A stretch of 62,669 nt of DNA, counting the filler, from an uncultured bacterium (lineage in GTDB: Bacteria > Hinthialibacterota > Hinthialibacteria > Hinthialibacterales > Hinthialibacteraceae): the NCBI GenBank assembly GCA_964449065.1. It is 16 parts of 16 records of this genome, joined end to end, with 100 filler letters (N's around TTAATTAATTAA, not from the genome) between each part and the next. Parts side by side here need not be neighbours in the genome. Positions count along the whole stretch, not along the records: positions 20,026 to 23,883 come from CAYVAZ010000424.1; positions 23,984 to 27,830 come from CAYVAZ010000425.1; positions 27,931 to 31,765 come from CAYVAZ010000426.1; 13 more parts are not named here. One strand, given 5' to 3'. The notes under the pieces were generated by a model that saw nothing but the letters and a program-made list of their open reading frames with translations, was not told where the DNA came from and did no database searches. This document shows, piece by piece, positions 21,229-30,474 of this stretch (its first letter is position 1; every line of letters starts with the position of its first letter). The translations under genes were made by a program, and so were the position numbers.

Positions 21229-21876
21229 AAGTGTGACGTGCACCATCAAACATGGATTAGCTCACTTCTGCTTTGTCTATGCTCAAAAACCCCTGATACG
21301 CCCGTTCAACATGTTTCACCACCGCCAGAAGTTCGGACTTTTTCCACCCTTAGGCTCCCAATACGTTGATCTGCGCAAAAGTTCAAACATTGTCGAGGAG
21401 TAAAATTGAAAAGCGTGGAAGACAACGGGGCGCACCCATCGGTGGCCGCTGTGATTCCGCCATTATTAATTGTTTCTCCCATGCGCCCGCCAAAATGCGA
21501 GATGCTATGCACGAAATCGTTTTAGCGACAACGCGGTGATTGCGTTTCAGTGGCCTTTGCCCCTCGCATCCATCGTTCATTTCGAAGACGTCATCCAAGA
21601 GCGGAAAATCGTGCATTCGAATCTTCTGGTCAGGCATCACGCAAATCGACCAGAGATTCGAAGCTTCATCAATCACTTTTCTCTTCGCCCCCCCCCTGCG
21701 CCCATTTCTGCCAACCTCAGCCGTACGAAATCCGGCTATTCATCGCCGAAGACGGACATCGGCCGTTTGTCACCGAATGACTGGCCACATGCGCGTAGAC
21801 TAGGTGGACACATGCCGTGATACCCAATGACAGATTTGGAGAAAATTTTCGACTTAAATTCGGGACCAATCGGGGC

Positions 21877-22374
21877 TCAGGTCACTGTGTTCTCGAGCAC
21901 TTCCGCCAATGCCCGCAGAGCATAATCTGCCGTACTCATTTGCATCTTTCTCCGACTTAGACCCTCCCCACGAAACATGTCACAGAATTCGGACTTTTCG
22001 GAGATAGCCGAGTAAACTGCGACGTAAGCGTGTGGCACCGAAACTGATTGCTCAGGGTAGGGTTCAGCATATCCGGTTGTGGCGACACCAAAGTCGGCTC
22101 CAAACAATTCGCAAACCCCACGCGCCATCTGGACCGCAATCTCGGCTGAAACCGCATCGCAACTTGCCGCCGCAATGGGATCGACATTAAGGAGATCAGC
22201 TTTGATAGGTATCGTATATGCTGTTATTCCACCTTTGAAGTATTTGGAGGCACCAGAACGGGCCCCAATCAGAGCTTGCAGATTCCCTGTGGTGAGGCTT
22301 TCGGCGAATGCGAGTGTCTGACCGCTTTCGCTCAAAATGCGATGAACGATGTCAGCGCCACTTTTCTTAAACAT
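21877..22374 (-). CDS. pncC: CinA-C/PncC-family NMN deamidase
   Basis: AESLTTG (catalytic Ser), GASKYFKGG, conserved Lys in IKADLL, AVS-MARG, TTGYAEP; ATG overlaps the upstream stop (ATGTTTAA). Confidence 0.85.
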   Translation of the reverse strand: MFKKSGADIVHRILSESGQTLAFAESLTTGNLQALIGARSGASKYFKGGITAYTIPIKADLLNVDPIAAASCDAVSAEIAVQMARGVCELFGADFGVATTGYAEPYPEQSVSVPHAYVAVYSAISEKSEFCDMFRGEGLSRRKMQMSTADYALRALAEVLENTVT

Positions 22375-23320
22375 AGGTTCTGCCCCAGGTGGTCGGCCAA
22401 AGGTCGGCTCCGTACTGGCCAACGTGGTAGGAAATCTCGCTCGTCTTGTTAAATTTATGGACGTTTGTGTGCTCCGAAAGCTGTCCAATATTTTGTAATG
22501 CGTAGGGGAGGTCTTCGGTGTCCCGCACAAACAGGACAGCGGGTAGCCCTAAGGCTAGTGCAAAGCCCGCCTCCACAAACGAACTCGTTGCAAGCTTTTC
22601 AGGTAAAATCATCAAGAAGCGATCCGAACTTGCGAGCGCGCGCATGTCCCGTTTCGCGCCAACTAGGCTGTCGTCAAATTCGCGGATGTCTCCGAATGAC
22701 CTTCCTGCAAAGTAGAAACGACTGAGTGAGGGATTTTTCTCCAGCATCTCGATTATTATGTTGAGAGATTTTCGGAATCCGCGGTACCGCAATCCTCTCA
22801 GCGATGACATTGGCGCTGAGAGAAAGACGTCAAATCTATTCGCATCCTGGCGAGCTCCCTCCAACGTTCGTTGTACCTTTTCCACCAGCTCATCGTCGTT
22901 TGCGGGCATCGAGGGCGCTACTCCGAGGACTTCCCTCATGGTGCGCACCAACTGCGTTCCAAAGTCTGGGTTGGCTACGCCGAGCCCCTGAAATGCGGAG
23001 AGTGGGCTAGGTAGGTCTGCGACGGCCAGACCAGAATGACATACCGGCAAGAGGCGAACGTTGCGTCCCCAAGCGCCACCTGCCTCAAATATGACCCAAG
23101 TTTTGCGGACGGAAAGAGGGCTGCATAAGACAACCACAAGGCTTGCATCGCGAATTGCGGACTCAACCGCCTGAAGCCACTGTGCACCTGCGGTAATATC
23201 AGATTTGCTGACAAAAGTTTCTACTTCACCTGAAAAGTGCGAATCGATCCAGCCCTTCAGCAATAGCGCCAATGGTGCTTCTTGACTGGTATGACTGATA
23301 AAGACTTTCCTAACGTCCAT
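22367..23320 (-). CDS. TIR domain fused to a nucleoside 2-deoxyribosyltransferase (Ndt)-like domain
   Basis: N-terminus VFISH...ITAGAQW...CSPLS..WVIFEAGGAW (TIR, catalytic Glu); C-terminus DVFLSAPM...DMRALASSD...SSFVEAGFALALGLP (Ndt/RCL fold); GGAGG RBS before ATG 23320. Confidence 0.8.
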   Translation of the reverse strand: MDVRKVFISHTSQEAPLALLLKGWIDSHFSGEVETFVSKSDITAGAQWLQAVESAIRDASLVVVLCSPLSVRKTWVIFEAGGAWGRNVRLLPVCHSGLAVADLPSPLSAFQGLGVANPDFGTQLVRTMREVLGVAPSMPANDDELVEKVQRTLEGARQDANRFDVFLSAPMSSLRGLRYRGFRKSLNIIIEMLEKNPSLSRFYFAGRSFGDIREFDDSLVGAKRDMRALASSDRFLMILPEKLATSSFVEAGFALALGLPAVLFVRDTEDLPYALQNIGQLSEHTNVHKFNKTSEISYHVGQYGADLWPTTWGRTYV

Positions 23321-23519
23321 TGTCCCTCCGAAAGTTTGTAACACAGCCATCGCCGAAATCACGGGTGAATCTCGGAGCCCCCGCAGTGTGACCGTCTTCG
23401 GTAAGATTAGATCTGTGAGAATTGCGCTGGCAAGCGATTTTATCCGGATTGTCTGCAACCTTTGCTTGGGTCAACCAAAAAAATTGACCCCCGGCCGTTC
23501 TAACTTGGGTGGCACGAAA

Positions 23520-23650
23520 AACCCGGGTCACGGCCAGCGAATACGGCGCTGACCTGATCGTGATCGGCTCGCGCGGGCAGAACATGATCCGCGGGCTGTT
23601 TCTCGGCTCGGTCGCGCGTGAGGTGATCCGGCTCAGCACGCTGCCAGCAA
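23520..23650 (+). pseudogene. Universal stress protein C-terminal remnant
   Basis: ADLIVIGSRG...LFLGSVAREVIR..LP without the N-terminal part. Confidence 0.65.
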
Positions 23651-23983
23651 GGAAGCCGCTAAACAATGGCCTGCTGAAAGCAGGACCCATGATTTGCGCC
23701 ATGGCTGTGTACACATCCAATTACGTCTTGTGCCTGCGCCACACCTTCAGAGCGAAGTGCTATTTCGCGCCAGGACCAAGGATTTTGTTTGACCGCAACC
23801 ATCAGAGCAAAGATGCCCGACTTCGTTCAAAGCTCGATGCTCTCGGCCAGCGCGAGCGCATCCTCGACCTCCACCCCGAGATANNNNNNNNNNNNNNNNN
23901 NNNNNNNNNNNNNNNNNNNNNNNNNNNTTAATTAATTAANNNNNNNNNNNNNNNNNNNNNNNNNNNNNNNNNNNNNNNNNNNN

Positions 23984-24080
23984 AACCTACTAAACCAATT
24001 CGAATTTTATATTCATTATCACCACAAGAAGTAAAAATAATTATAAATACTATAAATATTAACTTTCTCATTTTTTTCAT
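23984..24080 (-). CDS. Lipoprotein, probably solute-binding; N-terminal fragment only (not in ORF track)
   Basis: MKKMRKLIFIVFIIIFTSCGDNEYKIRIGLVG: lipobox FTS-C, IRIGLVG resembles type-1 periplasmic binding proteins. Confidence 0.65.
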
Positions 24081-24084
24081 AACG

Positions 24085-24139
24085 AAAAAGCACCCTTCAA
24101 ATTTAGTATAGTAAATTATAGTATGAAGGATGCTTTTTT
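24085..24139 (-). terminator. Long hairpin/terminator downstream of the peptide gene
   Basis: AAAAAGCACCCTTCA ... TGAAGGATGCTTTTT inverted repeat with A/T tails. Confidence 0.65.
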
Positions 24140-24158
24140 GTTAGTAGTAAGACTTTTT

Positions 24159-24227
24159 CTATTCTACAAAATACGGGCAACCTGCCGTGGTGCTGTCGGT
24201 TTGTGGTTTGACAACTTTAACTTTCAT
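24159..24227 (-). CDS. Putative RiPP precursor peptide MKVKVVKPQTDSTTAGCPYFVE (22 aa, geopeptide-like)
   Basis: GGAGGTG RBS (24234-24240) 6 nt before ATG; 51 bp downstream of the rSAM/SPASM stop; followed by a hairpin. Confidence 0.75.
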   Translation of the reverse strand: MKVKVVKPQTDSTTAGCPYFVE

Positions 24228-24278
24228 TGGATACACCTCCCTTCTTCAAATTGGATTTTTTATGTATGTCAACGATTG

Positions 24279-25589
24279 CTATTGGCTAGCAACGGCATGC
24301 ATAAACGGTTTTAAGGTGGTATCGAAATACGGCATTTCACAGGATTCGGCTTGGTCGTCTCCGGTTTCCATATAGGCGGCGTGGCGGCAGCCGCTGGCGC
24401 AGATCGGCATGTAATGGCACGCTTTGCATTTGGCGTTCAAATCAAGATTACGGTACGATTTTTCCGGGTCGATAATCCCGTCGCGTACATGGCCGACCTT
24501 GAAGTCATAACGGCCGACAAACCCGGGGCACTTAAAGATGTTCCCCAGCGGATCCACGACATAGCTGTGGTACATCAATGCCTGGCAGGGGCCTAATGCC
24601 ATCCGGTCTTTTACGTTAAAGCCTTTTTCCATCGCGTATTCGGTCAGAGTGACAATATCCCGGCACTCGGTTTCCGACATCTTGCAAACGGTGCACTGTT
24701 GGGAAATAGCCGAAGCGATCTTATCGCCGATGGTGGAGAGAATCGGCTTGGCGTAAAAGGTTTCTAATTTTTCATGCAGTCCCAAATCATGCAGGTAATC
24801 AATGAGCGTGGTTACGCTATGGTAATTCTCTTGGTTAAAGTTGGTGCCGACTGTCACTTTCAGATGATCGGCGGCATAGAGAATATTGGTGATGATCTTA
24901 TCGAAGGTCCCCTTGCCGCCCAGCGTCGGCCGCTTGGCATCGTGCTCATCACCATAGCCGTCCAGCGTAATCTTCACGGATTCGATGCCGTGCTCTTTTA
25001 ACGCGTGCACCGTTTCTTGATCCATCAACACCCCGTTGGATATCATCCGCAGGGTTTTTCTTAGTTGATACCGTTCTGCCAGCAGGCAGATTTCATCGCA
25101 AAGGTGATACAGTTCTTTTTTGTTGAGTAAGGGTTCGCCACCGTAAAAGGTGATACGCAGTTCCTTGGATTGATCTTCTTGAATGAGTCCTTCCACCCAA
25201 CTAATAATTGAATTGGACGTGTCGCGTTTCAAAAAGATGCGGTTTTTTACGCCATTTTCAACACAGTATGGGCAGGCTAAATTACAGGAATAGGTTGTAA
25301 GAATCGTAAGATCAATTATGTCTTTATTTGTTCTTACATTTTTGTACCACTGATACCCTTTGTCGTCATCGTTTTCATTTTCTTCAACCAATACCCCCAT
25401 TTCCTGCAATTGATCCATGGCTTCCTGAAGCTCTTCATTGCTTTCTGATAATCCAGCATCCGAATCTAATAATTCAATAAAATTTGATTCCAATTCAACA
25501 ATAGATCGATTAATTGTGTTATAGATTAGTACGGTGTCATTGCCGTTATCTGATGGAATTGAATATTTGGAAAGACGTAATTTTTTCAT
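24279..25589 (-). CDS. Radical SAM/SPASM peptide maturase with N-terminal RRE-like region
   Basis: CNLACPYC, FYGGEPLL, ITLDG; SPASM CQA..VDPLGNIFKC...CKAC..MPICASGC...C. Confidence 0.9.
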   Translation of the reverse strand: MKKLRLSKYSIPSDNGNDTVLIYNTINRSIVELESNFIELLDSDAGLSESNEELQEAMDQLQEMGVLVEENENDDDKGYQWYKNVRTNKDIIDLTILTTYSCNLACPYCVENGVKNRIFLKRDTSNSIISWVEGLIQEDQSKELRITFYGGEPLLNKKELYHLCDEICLLAERYQLRKTLRMISNGVLMDQETVHALKEHGIESVKITLDGYGDEHDAKRPTLGGKGTFDKIITNILYAADHLKVTVGTNFNQENYHSVTTLIDYLHDLGLHEKLETFYAKPILSTIGDKIASAISQQCTVCKMSETECRDIVTLTEYAMEKGFNVKDRMALGPCQALMYHSYVVDPLGNIFKCPGFVGRYDFKVGHVRDGIIDPEKSYRNLDLNAKCKACHYMPICASGCRHAAYMETGDDQAESCEMPYFDTTLKPFMHAVASQ

Positions 25590-25625
25590 GTATATATCCT
25601 GTATTTTGATGTTGCTATCTTTATA

Positions 25626-25642
25626 TACAAATACAGTGCCAA
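25626..25642 (-). promoter_or_regulatory. Sigma54 promoter of the rSAM-peptide operon
   Basis: TTGGCACTGTATTTGTA (GG-N10-GT) 36 bp upstream of the ATG. Confidence 0.65.
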
Positions 25643-25790
25643 TAGTTACACTAATTTATAAGTTATATAATCTCAGATAGATATAACATATTTTGCAATA
25701 TATTCTTATTTGGAAAATTGATGCGGAAGCGGGCAGTAAATTGAGGGGAAATTGAGAATTAAGTAAGAATAGCAGTGCAATTGTTGCAAC

Positions 25791-25823
25791 TGCCCACTTT
25801 CGGTCACTGCCCATTAGTGGGCA
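25791..25823. promoter_or_regulatory. Tandem 16-bp enhancer-like palindromes
   Basis: TGCCCACTTTCGGTCA and TGCCCATTAGTGGGCA, 17-bp period, about 150-180 bp upstream of the sigma54 site. Confidence 0.55.
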
Positions 25824-25866
25824 ATGGATAAGATGAGTTTTCCGGCGGAATGACTAAGATGTTGAA

Positions 25867-27228
25867 CTAATCATTTAAATTGTATTTGTTCATACGCCGT
25901 TGCAGGGAAGTACGCGAAATCCCCAAGAGTTTCGCTGCCTTGGTTTGATTCCAATTGGTATCGGTTAAGCTTTGTTGGATGATATCGTGTTCCACCTGCT
26001 CCAGGGAGGAAATCAGGTTGTTGGACGAGAGTAAATTGTTGTATATCGATACGGTGGGAAACTGGATGTTCAACGGCAAATGAGCGGCAACAATGGTTTT
26101 CGTATCACCATACAAAATGCAGATTTGTTCGATAATATTCTTTAATTCGCGGATATTACCCGGCCACGAATAATCCATAAAAAGCTCCAAAGCCTTTTCC
26201 GAAACGTCTTCGATTTTTGACCCAAAGCGTTTCGAACACTCTTGCAAAAAAAACCGTACCATCGGCACGATATCCTCCGTCCGCTCCCGCAGCGGCGGCA
26301 AATAAATCGGAAACCGGTTGAGACGGTAAAATAAATCTTCTTTAAATTTCCCCTGATCCACCAGCCGTTTTAAGTTTTTATTGGTGGCCGCTAAAATACG
26401 CACATCCACCTGAATCGGCCGCTCCCCTCCAATCCGGTAAAACTCGCGTGTTTCCAACACCCGCAGCAGCGCGGATTGCAATTCATCGCTGATATTTCCG
26501 ATCTCATCCAAAAACAAGATGCCGCCATCCGCCAGTTCAAATTTGCCCCGCCGGCGTGAGACCGCGCTGGTAAACGATCCCTTTTCGTGTCCGAATAACT
26601 CGCTGGTCAGCAATTCTTGTGAGATGGAACCGCAATCCACTGTGATAAAAGGCGATTGGTTGTTCAGCCGCAATTCGCGGATCGAGTTGGCGATTAATTC
26701 TTTTCCCGTTCCGGTTTCCCCATAGATCAGCACATCCACATCATGCTTGGCGGCTTTTTCCACCTTTTCCATCACTCTCTTGAACTGCTCGCTTTTCCAG
26801 ATCAAGTTCTTATTGCCGGAAATGCGGTGCAGATTTTCTTCCAGAGAAGCCACTCGATTATTTAATTTCTTGAATTGCAGTGACCGTTTCACGGTTTCAA
26901 TCAGTTCATCCGGATCAATCGGTTTTACACAATAATCGTGCGCTCCTTCCTTCATGGCCTGCACCGCGGTGGCCGCTTCATTCAATGCCGTATACATAAT
27001 CACGATCATATCCTGATCGATCTCGCGGATCTTCATCAGCGTTTCAATCCCGTCCATTTCCGGCATCATCACATCCAAAATCACGACATCGATAATTTCT
27101 TGCTCTATTATATTAATCGCTTGGGTGGGGACCGTACTGGTAAACGTACGGAAATGATGGCGTAATACCGCGTTAAGACCGCGAACGGTTGATTCTTCGT
27201 CATCTACTATTAACACACCTGGCAGCAT
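25867..27228 (-). CDS. NtrC-family sigma54-dependent response regulator
   Basis: REC (VDDE, LDVMMP, KP), GETGTGKE, GSFTSA (GAFTGA variant), FLDEI, DLFYRL, WPGNIREL, Fis HTH. Confidence 0.95.
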   Translation of the reverse strand: MLPGVLIVDDEESTVRGLNAVLRHHFRTFTSTVPTQAINIIEQEIIDVVILDVMMPEMDGIETLMKIREIDQDMIVIMYTALNEAATAVQAMKEGAHDYCVKPIDPDELIETVKRSLQFKKLNNRVASLEENLHRISGNKNLIWKSEQFKRVMEKVEKAAKHDVDVLIYGETGTGKELIANSIRELRLNNQSPFITVDCGSISQELLTSELFGHEKGSFTSAVSRRRGKFELADGGILFLDEIGNISDELQSALLRVLETREFYRIGGERPIQVDVRILAATNKNLKRLVDQGKFKEDLFYRLNRFPIYLPPLRERTEDIVPMVRFFLQECSKRFGSKIEDVSEKALELFMDYSWPGNIRELKNIIEQICILYGDTKTIVAAHLPLNIQFPTVSIYNNLLSSNNLISSLEQVEHDIIQQSLTDTNWNQTKAAKLLGISRTSLQRRMNKYNLND

Positions 27229-27677
27229 TTTATTGTCAACCTATTATTTTTTCTAAATTTGCAATAGAGATATCCCTAGAACTCTTACTTTTATAGTAGT
27301 AAAAAAATGTTAAAATATCAAATGGTTGATACAATATAAATAAATTATTTGGAGTAAAGTCTAAATTCTATCCACTATTTTTTAACGATTTAAAATGACT
27401 GAAAGATTATTGTTTTTTTTAAAGTTCATTTCTATCAACGTCTAAGGTTAAAATTTTGTTTTGGAAATTCAATGTACAAATTATTGGGAACATCCCGCGT
27501 TTGTGATGAAATCCTTTCAGTAAACTTATCACCCATTATCGTTACATTTTTACACAAAGATCATGAATGAAGATTTCCGTTCTGTCTACTGGAATCGTTC
27601 AAAAAATATAAGCATAATATATTCAATCCGTTATGAGAAATAATGTATTGGTATATGGCTTGCAGGTTATTTACAAA

Positions 27678-27830
27678 CTGATGTTACGCAATCCATGATT
27701 GACGATTGCTTGAAAAATGGTTTTTGTTGTGAGCCAACTATTCTAAGTCAAACGCAGTGTCTATCGTCTTCTCCTTTTGGGAGAAGATAAGAGATGAGGG
27801 CGAAGAGAGCGATTGCTCCCCATGACGCAG
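27678..27830. mobile_element. MITE-A partial (about 280 bp; TIR CTSATGTTACGCA); also 39478-39600, 39715-39752, 43446-43497, 55185-55241, 58702-58890, 62496-62669
   Basis: Near-identical copies in both orientations at contig ends; overlapping halves reconstruct both TIRs. Confidence 0.8.
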
Positions 27831-28124
27831 NNNNNNNNNNNNNNNNNNNNNNNNNNNNNNNNNNNNNNNNNNNNTTAATTAATTAANNNNNNNNNNNNNN
27901 NNNNNNNNNNNNNNNNNNNNNNNNNNNNNNGTCGAAATGGATGAATGTAAAGGCCAATCAGCGAATCACAATCATGGAAGAATAACCGGCAAATAGTGGT
28001 GTTAAGAAATCGTTTTATTATTGGGTAGCATCGGCTTCCAGCCGGTACGTCAATTCGTTGGACTCAATAATTAACGTGCTTACTTGTTAAACTCTGCCAA
28101 AGAGACTGATTAGGGATTACAGGG

Positions 28125-29381
28125 ATGAAAAGGATAACTACAATTTCGCTCTTACTTTTGATTGGCGTGATCAATGCGATTGGCATTGAACTATCTCCAG
28201 TGATCAAGAATCCGCAATTGCAGTCAGAAGAAACCCGTTTGATTCAGCAGGTTCAAAACCATCCAAATAATAGAGAAAGACTCTATGAACTGGCCGAATT
28301 TTATGCTGGCCACAATTACTATCCTGATGCAGTTGAACTGTTGCAACACATCACAACTAAGAATCCCCAATTCCACCAAGCCCATTTTCTATTAGGCAAG
28401 TTGTTGGGCAGCCAAAAAACCGACCCTGAAGGCTCATTATCCGCCCTCAATAAGGCGATTGAATTGCAGCCGGAAAACGTGAAATACCGCGAGGAAATTG
28501 TTAAAGTTTATCACCGCCTGCAGCGCTTTCCCCCGGCATTAGAACATCTCGAAATCATCCTTCAACTTGAGCCCAATAATATAGACGCGCAATACCGCAA
28601 AGCCGTAATCCTCTACACACAAGGCAATGTAGAAAAGGCGGTAAACATAACGAAACAACTTCCAGAACACGAACATGCTCAAGTGTTGTACGCTCTCATA
28701 CAACAACAAACCGGAAATGAATCGCAATCCCTATGGGAATCAATCGTAGAACGCTATCCCAACAACATCCGCGCCCGCTATGAATTGGGCAAAATCTGGA
28801 TGAAACAAAAAAAGTGGGATCAAGCCCAAAACATTTTTGAAACCATAATCGATCAAGACCCCTTCTATCAACACGCCTTGTTTCAATTGGTGAAAATCTA
28901 TTCGGTCAAACAAGAGAAAAAGAAAGCCCAATTGGCAAAACAAAGCCTTGATGTCATCAACCGCATGGGGCGTGATCAGCGCAATTTCTACCGCAGTTAC
29001 TTACAGCATCACCCCGATACAGCCGAATCTCATTTCAACATGGCAAATATCTATCTCGAAATCGGTAGAGGGGATTTAGCCGCGGATGAATTGCGAACCG
29101 TGATTGAGAGGGACGGAGATCATGCCGACGCCCATTTTTATCTGGCGCAAATTTATATGGCAAGCGGTGACTTTCAAAACGCGGTTCCCATTTTAGAAAC
29201 CTGTACCGGCTTGCATGAAAATAAAGCGGTTATGCATTCGCTTTTGGCGCAGTGTTATCTTGAATTGAAAAAAGCGAATGAAGCAAAAGAACATCTGACC
29301 AAGGCATTAAAAATAAACCCAACTGAACCTTTTGCGCTTCGATTAAAGCAACTGATACTGAAGGCGCAATCTAAACCGTAG
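28125..29381 (+). CDS. Secreted tetratricopeptide-repeat protein
   Basis: Signal peptide; repeated AHFLLG / ARYELG / AHFYLA TPR motifs. Confidence 0.9.
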   Translation: MKRITTISLLLLIGVINAIGIELSPVIKNPQLQSEETRLIQQVQNHPNNRERLYELAEFYAGHNYYPDAVELLQHITTKNPQFHQAHFLLGKLLGSQKTDPEGSLSALNKAIELQPENVKYREEIVKVYHRLQRFPPALEHLEIILQLEPNNIDAQYRKAVILYTQGNVEKAVNITKQLPEHEHAQVLYALIQQQTGNESQSLWESIVERYPNNIRARYELGKIWMKQKKWDQAQNIFETIIDQDPFYQHALFQLVKIYSVKQEKKKAQLAKQSLDVINRMGRDQRNFYRSYLQHHPDTAESHFNMANIYLEIGRGDLAADELRTVIERDGDHADAHFYLAQIYMASGDFQNAVPILETCTGLHENKAVMHSLLAQCYLELKKANEAKEHLTKALKINPTEPFALRLKQLILKAQSKP

Positions 29382-29715
29382 AATAATGAGGGACTTTGCT
29401 GACGCTTGATGATTTAGCAAAGTTGCCCAGTCTATGAGCGATTTCGTCTAAAAAGCCGCTTAATTCTCCGGTATCGAACCAAATGAATTCATAATAGCGC
29501 AACGATAAATACAACCCGTTGTGATGGGTAGAGATATGAAGTTCCATGGCGGCTTTTTTTCCATCGATAAAAAATAATTTTCCCGGTTTGCGAAATACAA
29601 TATGACTTTCATTGACTATATGCTCATGAAATCCAAATTCGCTTACAATTCCACGCGCTTCTTCCAATGACTTAGCATCTTTAATGATTCCTTCCGCTGA
29701 TTTGTATCCCCACAT
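29371..29715 (-). CDS. Hypothetical protein
   Basis: 114-aa ORF with GAGG RBS filling the intergenic space. Confidence 0.55.
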   Translation of the reverse strand: MWGYKSAEGIIKDAKSLEEARGIVSEFGFHEHIVNESHIVFRKPGKLFFIDGKKAAMELHISTHHNGLYLSLRYYEFIWFDTGELSGFLDEIAHRLGNFAKSSSVSKVPHYSTV

Positions 29716-29806
29716 ATTAACCTCTTTTTAACTGGAATTTGATCGGATTATATGTTACATTCATCAAACAAGTCAAGAATTTATTTTAATTTATGAGGAA
29801 AGTACA

Positions 29807-30406
29807 ATGTTGGGAAAAAGAAATCCAAACGGTTTTACTTTGATTGAACTGCTTATCGTAGTGGCGATTATCGGTATTTTGGCGGCGATTGCCGTGCCAA
29901 ACTTTCTACAGGCTCAAATGAAAGCCAAAGTTTCAAAAGCCGTCAGCAATCTTCGATCCATCAGCACCGCCCTAGAGATGTATCAGCTGGATAAAGGCAC
30001 CTATCCCCGCTGGGCCTGGGACAGCAGCAATGCCGCGCAAGACTATATGGGGTACCGGGATTTAACCACGCCGGTTTCCTATATCTCCGGCGGCGACACC
30101 TTTACCAATCCATTCAAATCGAAGCATATTAAGGGCAACACCGCCGGCGCGCTGGGAGAAATTGATCCCAATTATGAATTGGCAACTTGGCAGGCATCCG
30201 GGCAAAGTTATGACCGCAGTCCCTGGCCGCGCAATTCGTTTTTGTTAGAGAGTTCCGGCCCGGATACCTTCGACAGTTATAACGCCAACAATTATCCCCA
30301 AAGAGGCATCCCCTATCAACCTTCGAACGGTTTATTAAGCTGGGGCGATATCTACCGCGCGGGCGGCGCCAGTGTCCCCGAATGGGCAGCCACCCTGACA
30401 TACTAA
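29807..30406 (+). CDS. Prepilin-type N-methylation domain protein (GspG-like)
   Basis: GFTLIELLIVVAIIGILAAIAVPNF; LTTPVSY; SSGPD; YQPSNGL-S-GDI. Confidence 0.92.
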   Translation: MLGKRNPNGFTLIELLIVVAIIGILAAIAVPNFLQAQMKAKVSKAVSNLRSISTALEMYQLDKGTYPRWAWDSSNAAQDYMGYRDLTTPVSYISGGDTFTNPFKSKHIKGNTAGALGEIDPNYELATWQASGQSYDRSPWPRNSFLLESSGPDTFDSYNANNYPQRGIPYQPSNGLLSWGDIYRAGGASVPEWAATLTY

Positions 30407-30474
30407 TCCTACCCAAAATCGCTGAGACTGTTATCATCCTTACTCAAACATGGGTAAGGATTTTTTCTGTTTAC

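Noticed and set aside
21306..21820. Short ORFs as a third gene of the TIR-CinA operon
   Set aside because: No recognisable motif or RBS; several conflicting frames
22367..23320. Naming the TIR locus Thoeris, CBASS or retron
   Set aside because: No ThsA, cyclase or reverse transcriptase on the contig
21877..25589. Treating TIR-CinA and the rSAM locus as one island
   Set aside because: Separated by an artificial linker; compositions differ
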